Shown: piece by piece, positions 38,665-52,250 of the stretch
How positions within the stretch are numbered: the stretch's first letter is position 1
How the letters are laid out: the number at the start of each line of letters is the position of its first letter
NCBI RefSeq assembly: GCF_006345805.1
Contig: NC_043008.1
Span: 434,001 to 498,000, forward strand
DNA: 64,000 nt
DNA from: Octopus sinensis
Taxonomy: Eukaryota
Direction: 5' to 3'
Notes under the pieces: model-generated
The model's database searches: none
What the model saw: only the letters and a program-made list of their open reading frames with translations
What the model was told of the DNA's origin: nothing
Made by a program: the position numbers and the translations under genes

Positions 38665-39199
38665 GCACACATACATATATATAAATATTTAGATATGTAA
38701 ACACACACGCGCACACATATGCAGGGACCCCTCACTTTACAGAATTAATGTGTTCCCGAAAATCAGGCCGTAACGCTAAATTCCATAATGCGAAATTAAT
38801 TTTCTTATGGATTTTCATATTATCAAGCGAGATTGCGTTCCCGCAAAAAAAAAAAATGGTTCAAGCTAATAACAGAGAACAAACAACAGAGTCACCTTTA
38901 CACATGAAAATAGCAATTTTTAAACACTCGCGGTACAATATAGATACATTTTTATGTTCAGAAATTGTTATTTTCATGGATAAAGGTGATTGTGCTGCTT
39001 GTTCTGTGTTATTTTCTTGAGCTTCATTTCAACAGGAATACGTTCAGGAATTAATAAGAATGGTAATATCCCAAGAGTACGTTCTTGCCACAAAAGACGT
39101 TTACTACTGCATGACGGGTGGTAGTTGTGGAATGCGCGTTAGTAGGAGTGTGAGGGTCAATATTTATTATCTTATAATATTTATTATCTTATTCTTCAT

Positions 39200-39960
39200 T
39201 TTATCACCAACACAGTTTGTGGGGTAAAGAATTTATCCAAAGTTGTTTGTCGTTTATGATGCACCATTTCTGTTGACAGCTTCGTATAAGAACTAAGCTT
39301 GTGGTAAATTCCTTTTGTAATCTTTCTCATGTTCACATTTAGGATGATAAATCTCGGAGCGAGTTATAAACAGTAGCTACAACACATCGTGACTTACATT
39401 TGCCATTGAAATATGGAGCGAGTTATATGATTATCGACAAAAGCCTGCAGACCTAAGTGCCAATTCTTCAGCACGCATTTTTTAAAGCCAGTTTAAGTGG
39501 CGCACGTGGAATTTCCGTTGTCTCATCTGTATTCTCAACTTTTGGTTTTTCCAGCTTCAGCTCCTCATTATAAAATATATAAATGCGCCATTTTAAAGCC
39601 TACCCAGGCTCATGGGCCCGGTTTCAATGGCGTATGTGTTCTCCAGCTGGACGGGACACCAGTCCATCGCAACGCTACTCACCTTTGCCAGCTGAGTGGA
39701 CTCGAGCAATGTGAAATGAAGTGTTTTGCTCAAGAACACAACGCGTCGCCCGGTCCAGGAATCGAAACCACAATCTTACGATCATGATGCTGACACTCTA
39801 ACCACTACGCCACGCGCCTCCACTCAACTCCTCATTGGATAAACTTTTTTTCTTGGACTCTAGTAACTCAAACACATCATCCTCTATGAATTCTTCAAAT
39901 CCTGCATCCTTTGAAAGTGTTACAGTATCAACGGTTTTGATTAGAATGGATCCCAACTCG
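39200..39960 (-). mobile_element. Tigger/pogo transposase C-terminal relic split by a SINE
   Basis: Minus-strand peptides ...DAGFEEFIEDDVFELLESKKKSLSNEEL and ...KRQTTLDKFF, typical of Tigger C-termini. Confidence 0.7.
39570..39824 (-). mobile_element. Family C SINE (short tail) with a 12-bp TSD
   Basis: CAGCTCCTCATT 39558-39569 and CAACTCCTCATT 39825-39836. Confidence 0.9.
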
Positions 39961-40197
39961 CTAACAAGTGACCCACGCTTTGGGATCTCAAAGACATGCT
40001 CTGCGGTCGTGTGAAATGTGACATGTACGTTTGGTTGTGAATCACCATTGTGAGATTTTTGCTAAGGTACCCGACAAGTAGACCCTAGACCCAGTGTCTT
40101 GCGTTGGATACAATGTTTGGCAACCTTTGTTTCGGATCTCTGCGTTCTGAGCTCAAATTCCGTTCAGGTCAACTTATAAATATATATATATATTTTT

Positions 40198-40320
40198 TAT
40201 TTTATAGAAGGAGCTTCTACAGGACTAGAACTGTTTCATTCAAATGAAATCATCAGGAAGCTCCTGATGATTCATTTGAATGAAACAGTTCTAGTCTGTA
40301 GAAGCTCCTTCTATAAAATA
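40198..40320. repeat. Fold-back palindrome (~58-bp arms) made of two hammerhead units
   Basis: 40198-40256 is the near-perfect reverse complement of 40263-40320. Confidence 0.95.
40210..40264 (-). ncRNA. Type I hammerhead ribozyme with an 8-bp stem I
   Basis: GGAGCTTC-CTGATGA-T-TTC[attt]GAA-T-GAA-ACAG[ttctagtc]CTGT-A-GAAGCTCC. Confidence 0.7.
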
Positions 40321-40435
40321 AATTAATTTACTCTGCTATGTATGAGTACCTATTTATGTGGTTAACCCCGACTCAACCCGGGACCTACATATTATATAAT
40401 ATATATATATATTATATTATATAATATATATATAT

Positions 40436-40592
40436 AGACGTCCTTTCAGCGTCCGTTACTAATTCCACTCGCAAGGCTTGGTCGGCCCAAGGCTATAGTA
40501 GAAGACACTTGCTCAAGGTGCCACACAGTGAGACTGAACCCCAAACCATGTGATTGGGAAGCAAGCTTCTTACCACACAGCCACTCCTGTGC
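40436..40592 (-). mobile_element. Family B SINE head/core
   Basis: ...CTTACCACACAGCCACTCCTG is the reverse complement of the family B head. Confidence 0.9.
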
Positions 40593-41987
40593 TTATATAT
40601 ATGAAGAGTGAGATGGAGAGAGAGAGGGGGGATTCTAGTGGATGAAGCACCATATGCATATTGGTATAATTCAATTATAAAGATATATTAAATAGAGAGA
40701 TACTATTGACAATCCAATAATTTATTTACATTACAATATTACATGATATACTATGAATGTAGCACAACAATATTATAGAACATAAACGATTATTAAATTA
40801 TATAATATTATGTTATATTCATAGTATATCATGCAATATTACAATATACATAAATTATTGGCTTGTCAATAGTTTTCTCTATTTAATTTATCTTATATAT
40901 ATATATATGTGTGTGTGTGTGTGCGCGCGCGCGAATGTGTGTGTGTGTATATATATATATATATGTATGTATGTATATGTATATATATATGCATATATAT
41001 ACATATATGCATGCATATATTTATACAAATTTATATATATCTATATATTCTTATATATATACACACATATCGATGTACATAGATATGTGTGCATGTGGGT
41101 GTTATAGATTATATATATATATATGTAGGTGTGTATGTATATGTATATATATGAATATTATATATATATAGATATATGATATATATATATATATATAGAT
41201 ATAATATAACATATATGCATACATATATTTATACAAATTTATATATATCTAGATATTCATATATATATACACACATATCGATGTACATAGATATGTGTGC
41301 ATGTGTGTGTGTGTGTGTGTGTATGTGTGTGTGTGTGTGTGTTTGTACGTGTGTATTTGTAGGTCCTCCGTCGGTCATTGCTCACCATGCAACATGTGTG
41401 TCTGCACATGTACGTACAAGTCTGGGCAAGACATTTTCAAGTCTAAAGATGGCGGTTCAGTGGCCGCACGTGCAAGTCTTGCTTTCATTTCGCCACTCGA
41501 TGTTTATCTAAAGGTAAAGATATGCGTTGGTAGCATTGTTGTCGCAGGTGTTGCTGTCAGAAATCAAAAAGTCAGAACAGATACCCGCAGGGCCTCTTTT
41601 TCGACCTTTAAAGAGTTACACCAATCCATCGTCACAAGACGATGGATTTTTTTTCTTTTTATCGACCAAGAAATGTTGAAAGCCAACGTTGACCTCGCTT
41701 GATTTAAACTGAGAACGGAGAAAGGTAAAAGAGAAGCCGCCAGGTATAGGAACTCGAACGCCTCGGCCAATTCACCGCTTTATTCGTTAAAAACACATTG
41801 CACACCTTCACAAATATGTACAGATATGCATACATATATACACACACGCTCACACGCACGCTCACACGCACGCACATACATGCACATACACACACATATA
41901 TTTACATACACACGTTTTTATATGTACATATATATACACACACATATATATGTGTGTATGTACGTATACATTTATATATATACATAT

Positions 41988-42031
<44 letters not shown>

Positions 42032-42139
42032 GCACACACAGCACACACACACATGATCCGAAATGGTGTTCTACAGGTTGACGTGCTTTGATTCTTAAGA
42101 ATCCATGTAAAACTATTACTTTATATTATATATATATTA

Positions 42140-42159
<20 letters not shown>

Positions 42160-42174
<15 letters not shown>

Positions 42175-42175
42175 G

Positions 42176-42206
<31 letters not shown>

Positions 42207-42211
42207 TATAT

Positions 42212-42303
<92 letters not shown>

Positions 42304-42400
42304 CGCACATACACATATATATTCGATTATATATATATACATGCATATATATATATTCGATATATAGATAGATAGACAGATAGATATATTCGATATACAT
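42160..42400. repeat. (TA)n array punctuated by ATTCGATA spacers
   Basis: Directly visible. Confidence 0.85.
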
Positions 42401-42561
42401 ATGTATACACACATACACACACATGATTGCCTGATCTTACGAGACAATCTCGTGTATTACATGATAGCTGTCTCGCATCCGATAGTGAGACATCTGTACA
42501 TCAATCGATTTAAGTGATAAAATCGTGTACAAAATTTTTGCCACTCTCCCAGTCACCATAG

Positions 42562-42985
42562 TATTGGGCCATCCCAGAAATAATGCGGTTTCTTTATACT
42601 TCTTTATTGTTCAAAATTATGATGAACAAGCTGCTTTTTTAATCTAAAATATACTCTCCTTCATTTTCTACAATGCTCTTCCATTTATCTGATAGACTTG
42701 CAAGGCCACTCTTACGAAATTCACTTTCCGCGACGAAAAATACTCCTCCAGTGCTGTTCTGACCTCGTCTACAGAATTAATATTTTTTTCGGTCCAAATG
42801 ATTTTGAAGACTTTGGAATAAATGATAATCAGATGGAGCAATGTCCGGCGAATATGATGGGTGGGGCATCGTTTCCCATTCAAACTGCTCCAGCCTTTGG
42901 AATGTCATCCATGCTGTATGTGGCTGAGCATTATCCTGATAGAACACCTTATGTCTTCAAAACAAAGATGGTCGTTTTCCTTCTA
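42562..42985 (-). mobile_element. mariner (DD34D) transposase 3' relic with right TIR
   Basis: Minus translation FYQDNAQPHTA...WETMPHPSYSPDIAPSDYHLFQSLQNHL...KWKSIVENEGEYILD*; TIR TA|TTGGGCCATCCCAGAAATAATGCGG at 42562. Confidence 0.95.
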
Positions 42986-44074
42986 GAGCTGACTTAAGCT
43001 GCTCAAGCTGCTCTCAGGGTCACGTATGAACAGTAGATAGAAGGGAAGGAGGATGAGAGAGAGGGGAAGAGAGAGCGGCCCCATGACTAATTTTCCCATC
43101 TCTGCCTTTTCACCACCGGACACATAGCGCGCCGGTCGACATTTTCTCTCTTATTAATTCTCTTTTTTTATATGTATTTCTTTCGCTTTTGGCCAAAAGG
43201 CTTTATTTATTGTGTCTTCGTCTATCATTTCAAATTTACTTCCGTACGCCCAGCCTGTATTGTCTTGTTTGCTCGAGCCCTAATTCTACGCAAATCTTGC
43301 GGGTGCCGCCGTTATACGAAGTTCTCAGTCTTTTTTGGCTTACGTGATACAATTCCAAGACTTTTTGTTGAGATGATGTGATTGCTACTTGCTGATTGAT
43401 TAGACTGTCTCTATCAGAGATACTCAACCATTTTTTTTGTCTATGGATCTCATTGATCACTATTTTATTCTGGAGGACACCCCCCCCCATACCCATTTGA
43501 TGTTTAAAAACTAGTTTTATAGAAACTTCTTTTAAAATTCCTATTTTCTTTTTCACACATTAACTTGTGTAGACTGAACTACGTAAAACGTCAAAGAAAC
43601 GTAGCTATTTCTTGCAATACAGACCAAGGCAAAATTCTATCAGGGCCCTTTAAAATACTATTGTGAATCCTCAATTTACTATTTTGTTGCGTGGACCCCA
43701 CCAAAATCTTATATGGACCTTCAGAGACCATATGGACCCCGGTTGAGAAACAATAATCTATATTTATTGTTGCTAGAAATAGCAACCAAACTTCCCTTAT
43801 ATCACACCCTGAGAACCACATAGAATGTCATTTAGTATCGTTAGAACTAAACTCTCCTCATATCTTTGAAAAAAAGGGCATGTAAGATCATATGCTGTCC
43901 TGCACACACTGTATCTGAAGACACAACTACGACCAGTGATGCAGCCCTTAAGTAGTTACACAAATTGTTACAAAATGCATTTTTTTTTTAACTAAGAAAA
44001 TATGTGATAATGTTTACTGGTCCTTAATGAAAGAGACAGCAACAATTAGATTTACTTATCACTTAATTAAAAAA

Positions 44075-44408
44075 GTGTGGTACTCCGTCGGTTACGACGA
44101 CGAGAATTCCAGTTGATCCGATCAACGGAACAGCATGCTCGTGAAATTAACGTGCAAGTGGCTGAGCACTCCGCAGACGTGTGTAGCCTTAACGTGGTTC
44201 TCCAGGAGATTCAGCGTGTTACGGAATGTGACAAGCTGGGCCCCTTTCCCTTTGAATTACCGGTACAAATCATTTTTGCCAGTTGAGTGGACTGGAGCAG
44301 CGTGAAATAAAGTGTTTTTCTCAAGGGCACAACGCGCCGCCTTGGAATTGAACTCAGGACCTTACGATTGTGAGTCGAATACCCTAACCACTAAGTCACG
44401 CGCCTTCA
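44075..44408 (-). mobile_element. Family C SINE, full length
   Basis: Reverse complement of 63626-63945. Confidence 0.9.
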
Positions 44409-45174
44409 CTATAAAAGTGTACTAACAGCATATTCAAGGCAAAAGTAAGTTGCACTTTTATAAGTTGGTCAATATAGAGAAAAACGAAAGTAGGTAGGGT
44501 TGGGAAGTGAGTTCTAGGTGAATATGGATCTGGGAAGACTGATTGATCGAAGTGTTAATCGAAGTGTTTAATGATGTTAATCTGTCGAAGCGACGATGGG
44601 CATTTGGTCATCCAACGATGACTGATGACTTGTGCAGTGATGACTTTGTTTAATCGTAAACCATCATCCTCTTCATTCTCTCGTCTGCGTCTATCAGTCA
44701 ATCCAGCAACAAGACCAGGTCAAGATGGCAGAGGATGGACACGGATGGAATGGATGATGTCTTGCCAATTCATTCGACTAAAAATTCTTCACGGTGATAC
44801 TCCAGCATGGCCGCAGTCTAATGAGTAAACAAGGTGAAATACAAAAGATGAAAGTGAGTCTGGGGGTGGGGACAGGAGTGGTCAATTCCGACATGTCTAA
44901 CACCGCTTCTATCCTGCGACTTCGTGCCACTGCAACCGATGTAAAAATTTACCAATTTCTCAATTTAATTTTTTTGAGAAGAGCTCATCACAACTTGGTT
45001 CCTGGTCCTTAGCTTGAAGAGATGTAGGACGAGGAGCGGGGTTACAAAACTGGGATGAAGAACATAAGCAGGGGGGGGGGTAGGGTTTTGCGTCTCATTG
45101 TATCCTAGACAGAGAGAGAAAAGAAGGTCGAGATGAAACGGAGATGGTTTAGTAATCTCGTTTTCATTCACACA

Positions 45175-45233
<59 letters not shown>

Positions 45234-45481
45234 GCGCACATACATACACTAAAGAGTAAATACTTCATCTAATTTGATGCGGCTATCAAGTAAAGAGCAA
45301 AAACTTACAAAGAGAGCGAGAGAGAGCGAAAGAGAGAGGTGGGGGTTAGTTCCACGAAACACTCAATAAAGTTAAGTGGAATCATTAAAATAAATACATT
45401 AATATGTGTGAAATGAGACACTGAAGATAACGTTATGTCGTTGTTCTTTGTAGGTTAAATAGATTTTATATATATATTTAT

Positions 45482-45577
<96 letters not shown>

Positions 45578-45970
45578 TAGATAGATAGATAGATAGATAT
45601 ATGTATGTATATATATATATCGGTGCATATGTTTATATATGCATGCATGTATGTATGTATGCATGTATGTAAGTATGTAAGTATGTATGTATGTAAGTAT
45701 GTAAGTATGTATGTATGTATGTATGTATGTATGTATGTATGTATGTATGTATGTATGTATGTATGTATGTATGTATGTATGTATGTATGCAAGGAAGTTG
45801 AAACCGCTAATAGTGTAATATATGTAGCATTGATCGAACGAGTAGGATATAAATTTTAATTAGGAGAAAATAGGAAATATAACATATATCTGGACTATTT
45901 TGACAATTATATATTAATATGATGAAAGAATGTATGTGCATGTGTGTGTGTATGTGTGTGTGCGTGTGTG

Positions 45971-46019
<49 letters not shown>

Positions 46020-46045
46020 GTGTGTGTGTGTTGGGATTCCCGTGG

Positions 46046-46530
46046 AAATGCTTATCTAGATAAACATTTCCCAGAAAATCACACACACTCAGGAAGATCT
46101 TCAATAGACGCCCGATTAACTAATATACAGCCGCCGTCCTAATATGAAGAACATCATTAGCCACAAACACTACCTACGGCCCACTCCCTGTTGTCGACGC
46201 CCAGAGCTTGTCCACTCGACCAGGGGTCCATGAGAACTTCTGTCGTACATGAGGTGGAAGTTACATTAACGCTACAAGATAACCAACGGAAAAGAATTAC
46301 ATCGTGTTGTGGCAAAGTGGTTTTAAAGACGCAATGCTAACCACTTGTCATCTTGCCGGCATATGGATAAAAATGAAGCCGCTAAGTTGGCAAGTCACGT
46401 ATGGTGTCTGAAGACCATCTCTGCACCACACACACAATCAAGTGGAAAATCGCAGAAAAATCCATGCCATGTGTTGGTGGATCAAAAAGAAACGGTAGAT
46501 ATGCGTAGCTGAAAGATCTCATATCCTTTT
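46046..46530 (+). mobile_element. Penelope-like element relic (RT-endonuclease linker and GIY-YIG endonuclease)
   Basis: Frameshifted peptides LDKHFPENH..LRKIFNRR, PNMKNIISHKH and ANHLSSCRH...KLASHVWCLK, characteristic of PLE linker/GIY-YIG regions. Confidence 0.8.
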
Positions 46531-46561
46531 TAGATCTAAGAATTCCACCCACATGCTTGAA

Positions 46562-46648
<87 letters not shown>

Positions 46649-46699
46649 TATATATATATATATATATATATATACCTGCGTACCCTGTATATATATATG

Positions 46700-46730
<31 letters not shown>

Positions 46731-46911
46731 TATAATATAATATATATATATATATATTATATATATATATATATAATATATATATATATATTATATATAC
46801 AGACATGGAGTAAATAGGTACCCATAAAACATCGTTTTATGTTTAATCTAACTTGTAAAAGTTTATATTTATAATTAATTGACATTTTTATGTTTCAGGT
46901 TCTGTTTAATC

Positions 46912-47468
46912 ATGCCATGTATAAAAGAAACCTTGGAACTGTCTGAATTCCAAAGAGGCCGTATTGTGGGTCATTCCGAAGGTGGACATAGCGTAAAATC
47001 GCAGAAAACTTTGGGACCCACTTTCTACAGTTAAAAGAGTGATTGTGCAATTCACCAGAGAGGGGAAGGAGTCCACATCACCTCGCCCAGATCAATCAGG
47101 GCCCTCTGACATGACCCTTCTCTTTGTTAAGAGAAGTATGTAGGATAATCCCCGTTGCAAGGCCTCTGACATTGCAAAACAAGTTGATGTTAGTCCCAAA
47201 ACAGCTGTCAGGTATCTCCACAAATTTGGTTATTATGACAGAGCAGCAAGAAGGAAGCCAGTCCTTCGACCAGCCAACATCAACCGGACAAAAGATGGAG
47301 CCAGTGAGATGAGGAAGAGGCCACTAGCATTTTGGGACACTGTCATATTCTCTGATAAGTACAGATTTGCTGTATTTCTTGACAGTGGTCAGGTGTGGGT
47401 CAAGAGAATCTGATCAAGAATTTAATGTGAAAAGATTGCTGCCAGCGATGAAGCAAGGCAGCGCTATT
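46912..47468 (+). mobile_element. Tc1-family transposase 5' relic (HTH to first catalytic Asp region)
   Basis: ELSEFQRGRIVG...STVKRVI...ARRKPVL...FWDTVIFSD, with stops and frameshifts. Confidence 0.9.
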
Positions 47469-47496
47469 CCATATATGTATGTATGTGTATGTATGT

Positions 47497-47527
<31 letters not shown>

Positions 47528-48135
47528 CATATATACGTGTAAGTGTATATATATATATATAGATAGATAGATATAACATATATACATACATATATATATA
47601 TATAATTATATATATATATATAATATATGTATATATATATATATATGTATGATATGTATGTACATATGTATGTATGTATACATATATATGCATGTATATA
47701 TATAAGTATGTATACACAATATATATTTAATGGTTGGGTTTGTGTGTATGCACACATCCAAGGGCGTGGGTAACATGAACCAGTGGCTGATATTACAGCT
47801 GCTCTGTTGCATACATACATACATATATACATACATACATGCATAAATGCACACACACACATACATACGCTCACTCTTCACCCCCACCTCCTAGATCCAA
47901 TCATGTGTAATGTATGCTTGCGTATGTGTGTGTACTTGCGTGTATTTTAGTGTCTGTGTGCATTATGTGTATTGCATCGAATGTGTGTGCACACGCCAGC
48001 CAATATGCACGTGGTAACCCGGACAATGATAACCCGGACAAGGAATTTATACTCAAATGTTTCGTGCAGCCATGCTATAAGTACTTCCGACCCTATGCAC
48101 TCGAAATATAAGACCTTTTGAATATTTGTATAAAA

Positions 48136-48432
48136 GAAGGTGGCGAGCTGGCAGAAAGGTTAGCACGATGGGCGAAGTGCTTAAAGGTATTTCGTGTGCC
48201 GTTACGTTCTGAGTTCAAATTCCACTGAGGTCGATTTTGCGTTTCATCCGTTCGGTGTCGATAAATTAAGTACCAGTTACGCACTGGGATCGATGTAATC
48301 GACTGCCCCGCCCCCCTCTCTAAAAATTTCGAGCCTTGTGCCTAGAGTAGAAAAGAAGACGGTGAGCTGGCAGAAACTTTAGCACTCCGGGCGAAATGCT
48401 TAGCGTTTCGGGCCCTCTGCCTAGAGTAGAAA
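48136..48432 (+). mobile_element. Family A SINE plus a fused internally deleted second copy, within one 17-bp TSD
   Basis: TGAATATTTGTATAAAA at 48119-48135 and 48433-48449. Confidence 0.9.
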
Positions 48433-48631
48433 TGAATATTTGTATAAAAAAAAAAAAAGGAAGGAAAAATGGATGGAACCCAGAACTTTGATATGTATGT
48501 GCATATGTGTTGGTATATGTATATCGAAGGCGCGTGAATTAATGGTTTGGGTATTGGTCTCACGAGTGTAAGGTCGTGAGTTCAATTGCCAACAGCGCTT
48601 TTATACCCTTGTGCGAGACACTTTAATAAGT

Positions 48632-48712
48632 ATCTTCAACGTCTATTGAAGATCTTCCTGCATTTGTGATTTTCTGGGAAATGCTTATCCAGATAAGCAT
48701 TTCCTAGAGAAC
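48632..48712 (-). mobile_element. Short PLE-derived hairpin fragment homologous to 46040-46110
   Basis: GGAAATGCTTATCCAGATAAGCATTTCC palindrome; ACGTCTATTGAAGATCTTCCTG is the reverse complement of the 46092-46112 segment. Confidence 0.75.
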
Positions 48713-48824
48713 CTCAATACATACATATACACACACATATATACATATATTCATATATATGTGTTTATATATATATATATATATAGTAGAATAGGAAATA
48801 CAAAATCTGTGGTACAGTATTATA

Positions 48825-49058
48825 CAGGGTTGGTCAAATGTCACCCGACAGTAAATCAAAATTCCATAAATACTCTCTGTAATTCTGTATTGACTTGAAT
48901 GGAAAAAATGTGTCGCTCAAGAAGGACTTCAGTTTGAATAATTTTTATGATGTTTCATATTTAGATGCTTTTATTAAATTGATTCAGTTGTTAAGCATAA
49001 ATAAATCTTGGAATTAAATGGTTTTGATTTGCTGTCAGGTGACTCTTAGCCAACCTAG
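48825..49058. mobile_element. Tc1/mariner-type MITE with TA target site
   Basis: TA|CAGGGTTGGTCAAATGTCACCCGACAG ... CTGTCAGGTGACTCTTAGCCAACCTAG|TA. Confidence 0.8.
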
Positions 49059-49190
49059 TATATTTGAAAAAATTAATAGAAATGGCGCTTTTGATAATTT
49101 TCCACTTTAATAATTAGATGTTTATAAGTTTACAAAATCTAATTATCAAAGTGGGAAAATTACCAGAAAAGCCATTTCTATTCATTTTTT

Positions 49191-49225
<35 letters not shown>

Positions 49226-50029
49226 GGATATGTATATGTATATGTATGTATATGTATGTATGTATTTATGTATGTATGTATGTATATCAAGTATATGATT
49301 TAAGTTATAGAACGAAGTTTGACATATTCAGTCATATTTTCATAAATGGAGATTAAATGTTAATACGGGATAAAATATTTATTCAATTCGCTAGACGATC
49401 GTTTCGTACAGAAAGACAATAAATTCATCTCAAGAATCTGAGTTGTCAAAGAGTACTCGTCAGTAGCACAATAAGAAAAAATAAGAACTTAATAAAGAAA
49501 ATGGTGGACTTTAGAGGTACATGGGTATTGTGTTCTTACCAATTTTTAATATGTAATTGTTCTAGGAGTCATATGTTTTAAATAGACATGACTAACGAGT
49601 AACGATTAGGTGATGATATATATAACATATATAACAAATACAGGTAACTTTCTATAGATTAGTGCAAATGAGTCAGTTTTAAACTCCATATAGGAAGTAA
49701 GAAGCAAGAATATTATTTCTTCTCTACCGACAACATGCAATCTCTGTAGAGACATGGATTTACCGATGGGAAAATCTACTGAGGATAGTAAAACAAACGA
49801 ACTGGAGCTTATCTACACTCACGGAAGTTAGCCAGCATTATTAAGGGGTAAAACGTGAATAAGGTACCCCCTCGGATTGTATATCCCTACCAACCTAATT
49901 TGGAAATTCCTTTTGTGTGTGTTTGTGTGTGTGTGTGTGTGGTGTGTGTGGTGTGTGTGTGTGTGGTGTGTGTGTGTGTGTGTGCGCGTGCATACTTTAT
50001 GCGGTAGTCCACGCAGCTGGCAAATATGA

Positions 50030-50535
50030 GTTGTACGTGTCTATCAAATGGCCAGCCTTGTCACATCCAGTGTGTCACACGGAATTTCCCAGAGGACAAG
50101 GTGAAGGCTGCGCGTGTCTGTGGAGCGCTCAGCCACTTGGACGTTAATTTCAGGAACAGGCTGTTCCGATAATTGGACCAACTGGAACCTTCGTCGTTAT
50201 TACGACCGAGTGCTACAGTGTATGTGTACGCATGCGTGCGTGGATTTGTGTGGACTCTTCCAAATATTGCCTGATTATGTAGACTAATTGTGGGGGCGTG
50301 TGGCTTAGTGGTTAAGGGTGTTGGACTCATGATCGTAAGATTGTGGTTTCGATTCCTGGACCGGGCGACGCGTTGTGGTCTTGAGCAAAACACTTCATTT
50401 TCACGTTGCTCCAGTCCGCTCAGCCAGCGAAAAAGCGAACCCCTGCGACGGACCGGTGTCCTGTCCAATAAGAAATATATACCCCACGGAACCCGAAAAA
50501 CTGGCCCTATGAGTTTATATGACTCGAAAATGAAT
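50030..50535 (+). mobile_element. Family C SINE tail (50030-50220) and a family C SINE (50292-50535)
   Basis: Similarity to other family C copies. Confidence 0.8.
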
Positions 50536-50654
50536 TTTAATGTAGCCTCATTGACTCAGGATTGTACCGATTCCTTCATGTGTGCGCTTCAGGAGAACCG
50601 CGTTTGTTCACATGCATCAACATATCTTTATATGCATGGAACACACATACACAA

Positions 50655-50820
50655 TTCAACACACAGCAACTTATTTCTTTATGGCCCACAAGGGGCTACA
50701 CACAGAAGGGATAAACAAGGACAGACAAAGGGATGAAATCGATTACATCGACCCCAATGCACAACTGGTACTTAATTCATCGCCCCCAACGATAGGATGA
50801 AAGGCAAAGTCGACCTCACC
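50655..50820 (-). mobile_element. Family A SINE 3' part
   Basis: CCCACAAGGGGCTA...TCGATTACATCGACCCC. Confidence 0.8.
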
Positions 50821-51080
50821 GCCAACACACAGCCACTACAATACAGCATCCAACACTAAAATAAACTGCCATCACACTACAACGCACCACTAAAACGATA
50901 CGACGCTTTCTTATACTACACTGCAGTACACTACCGATACACTACATAACTCTGCTAACATCATACAATACACCGCCGCTAAAATACAATACCCTACTAT
51001 CACTAAACTACAATACACTACCACTACACTGCAACACCCTATTGTTATTGCGATACCATACACTACCACTACACTATAAT
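50820..51080. repeat. Degenerate (ACTAC)n-like pentamer repeat
   Basis: Recurrent CACTAC/AATAC words. Confidence 0.6.
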
Positions 51081-51548
51081 ATATTTCAGTAGAATTTCAG
51101 TTTTTTACATTTAGAACGCGTTTAGGTCTATCATGAGCCCCAGGGCTGTTCAGGTCGGATTCAGTACGATTTCCGTAGTGATCAAATGATTGGGATTATA
51201 ACGCCTCCCCCCGCCTCCTCCACTTCTACTCACTTCCTGCATTCGCGATGCTTCATCAACCAAGAGGTGATGGAAGCTTCAGTGAAAGAGTTCTTCGCCC
51301 CGAAGAACAAGAACTAGTCTCAGCGTGGATTCTAAGAATTGGCCGAAAGGTGGACTCACGCTCTGCAACACGATGGCCGCCATTTTAAATGGTCGGGTGC
51401 TTTTGTCTGTAACTTGACGAATAAAGGAAATAAGTGGCCAAAATATTTCAAGACCTTTGACCAAACACAATAATTATACACTTTCTAACACACACACATA
51501 CATACATCAGACAGACAGACAGAGCACACACACACACACATATATATA

Positions 51549-51601
<53 letters not shown>

Positions 51602-51604
51602 ATA

Positions 51605-51762
51605 CCGTATTTTAACGTGTATAAGGAGCCCCTAATTTTGGGGCTTAAATTTTGGAAAAAACGGTTTTGTAAGGGTTTTTAATACTATCCATGTATAGGA
51701 AACTCCCATATTTTTCAACCTAATTTTGACAAAAACGGGTTCTTATACACGTTAAAATGCGG
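51605..51762. mobile_element. pogo/Tigger-type MITE (158 bp) with TA target site
   Basis: TA|CCGTATTTTAACGTGTATAAG ... CTTATACACGTTAAAATGCGG|TA. Confidence 0.85.
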
Positions 51763-51789
51763 TATATATACATATGCATGTGTATAAAC

Positions 51790-51869
<80 letters not shown>

Positions 51870-51983
51870 GGAGGAGGGAGAGAGAGGGAGAGAGAGTCAG
51901 AGGGAAAAGGGATGGATAGATAGATACATACATACATACATGCATGCATAATACATACATACATACATACATACATACATACA

Positions 51984-52017
<34 letters not shown>

Positions 52018-52200
52018 CATACATACATATATGTGTTTCCGTTTCCCTATATCCTTTTCATCGGTCATTGCCAGATTAATCTCTAATTAGATGTCGACCA
52101 CTGTCAGCGCACAAATACCCCGACTGGACGAATTAAGATGGATTTTAATCAAAGCATGCGTGTCTGGTTACTGTGGCCCATAACTGTGCATATGTGTGTC

Positions 52201-52250
<50 letters not shown>

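Noticed and set aside
41448-41520. AAGATGGCGG (YY1-like) with a short ATG frame
   Set aside because: The frame stops after 20 codons, and isolated motifs of this type recur elsewhere in the window without other support.
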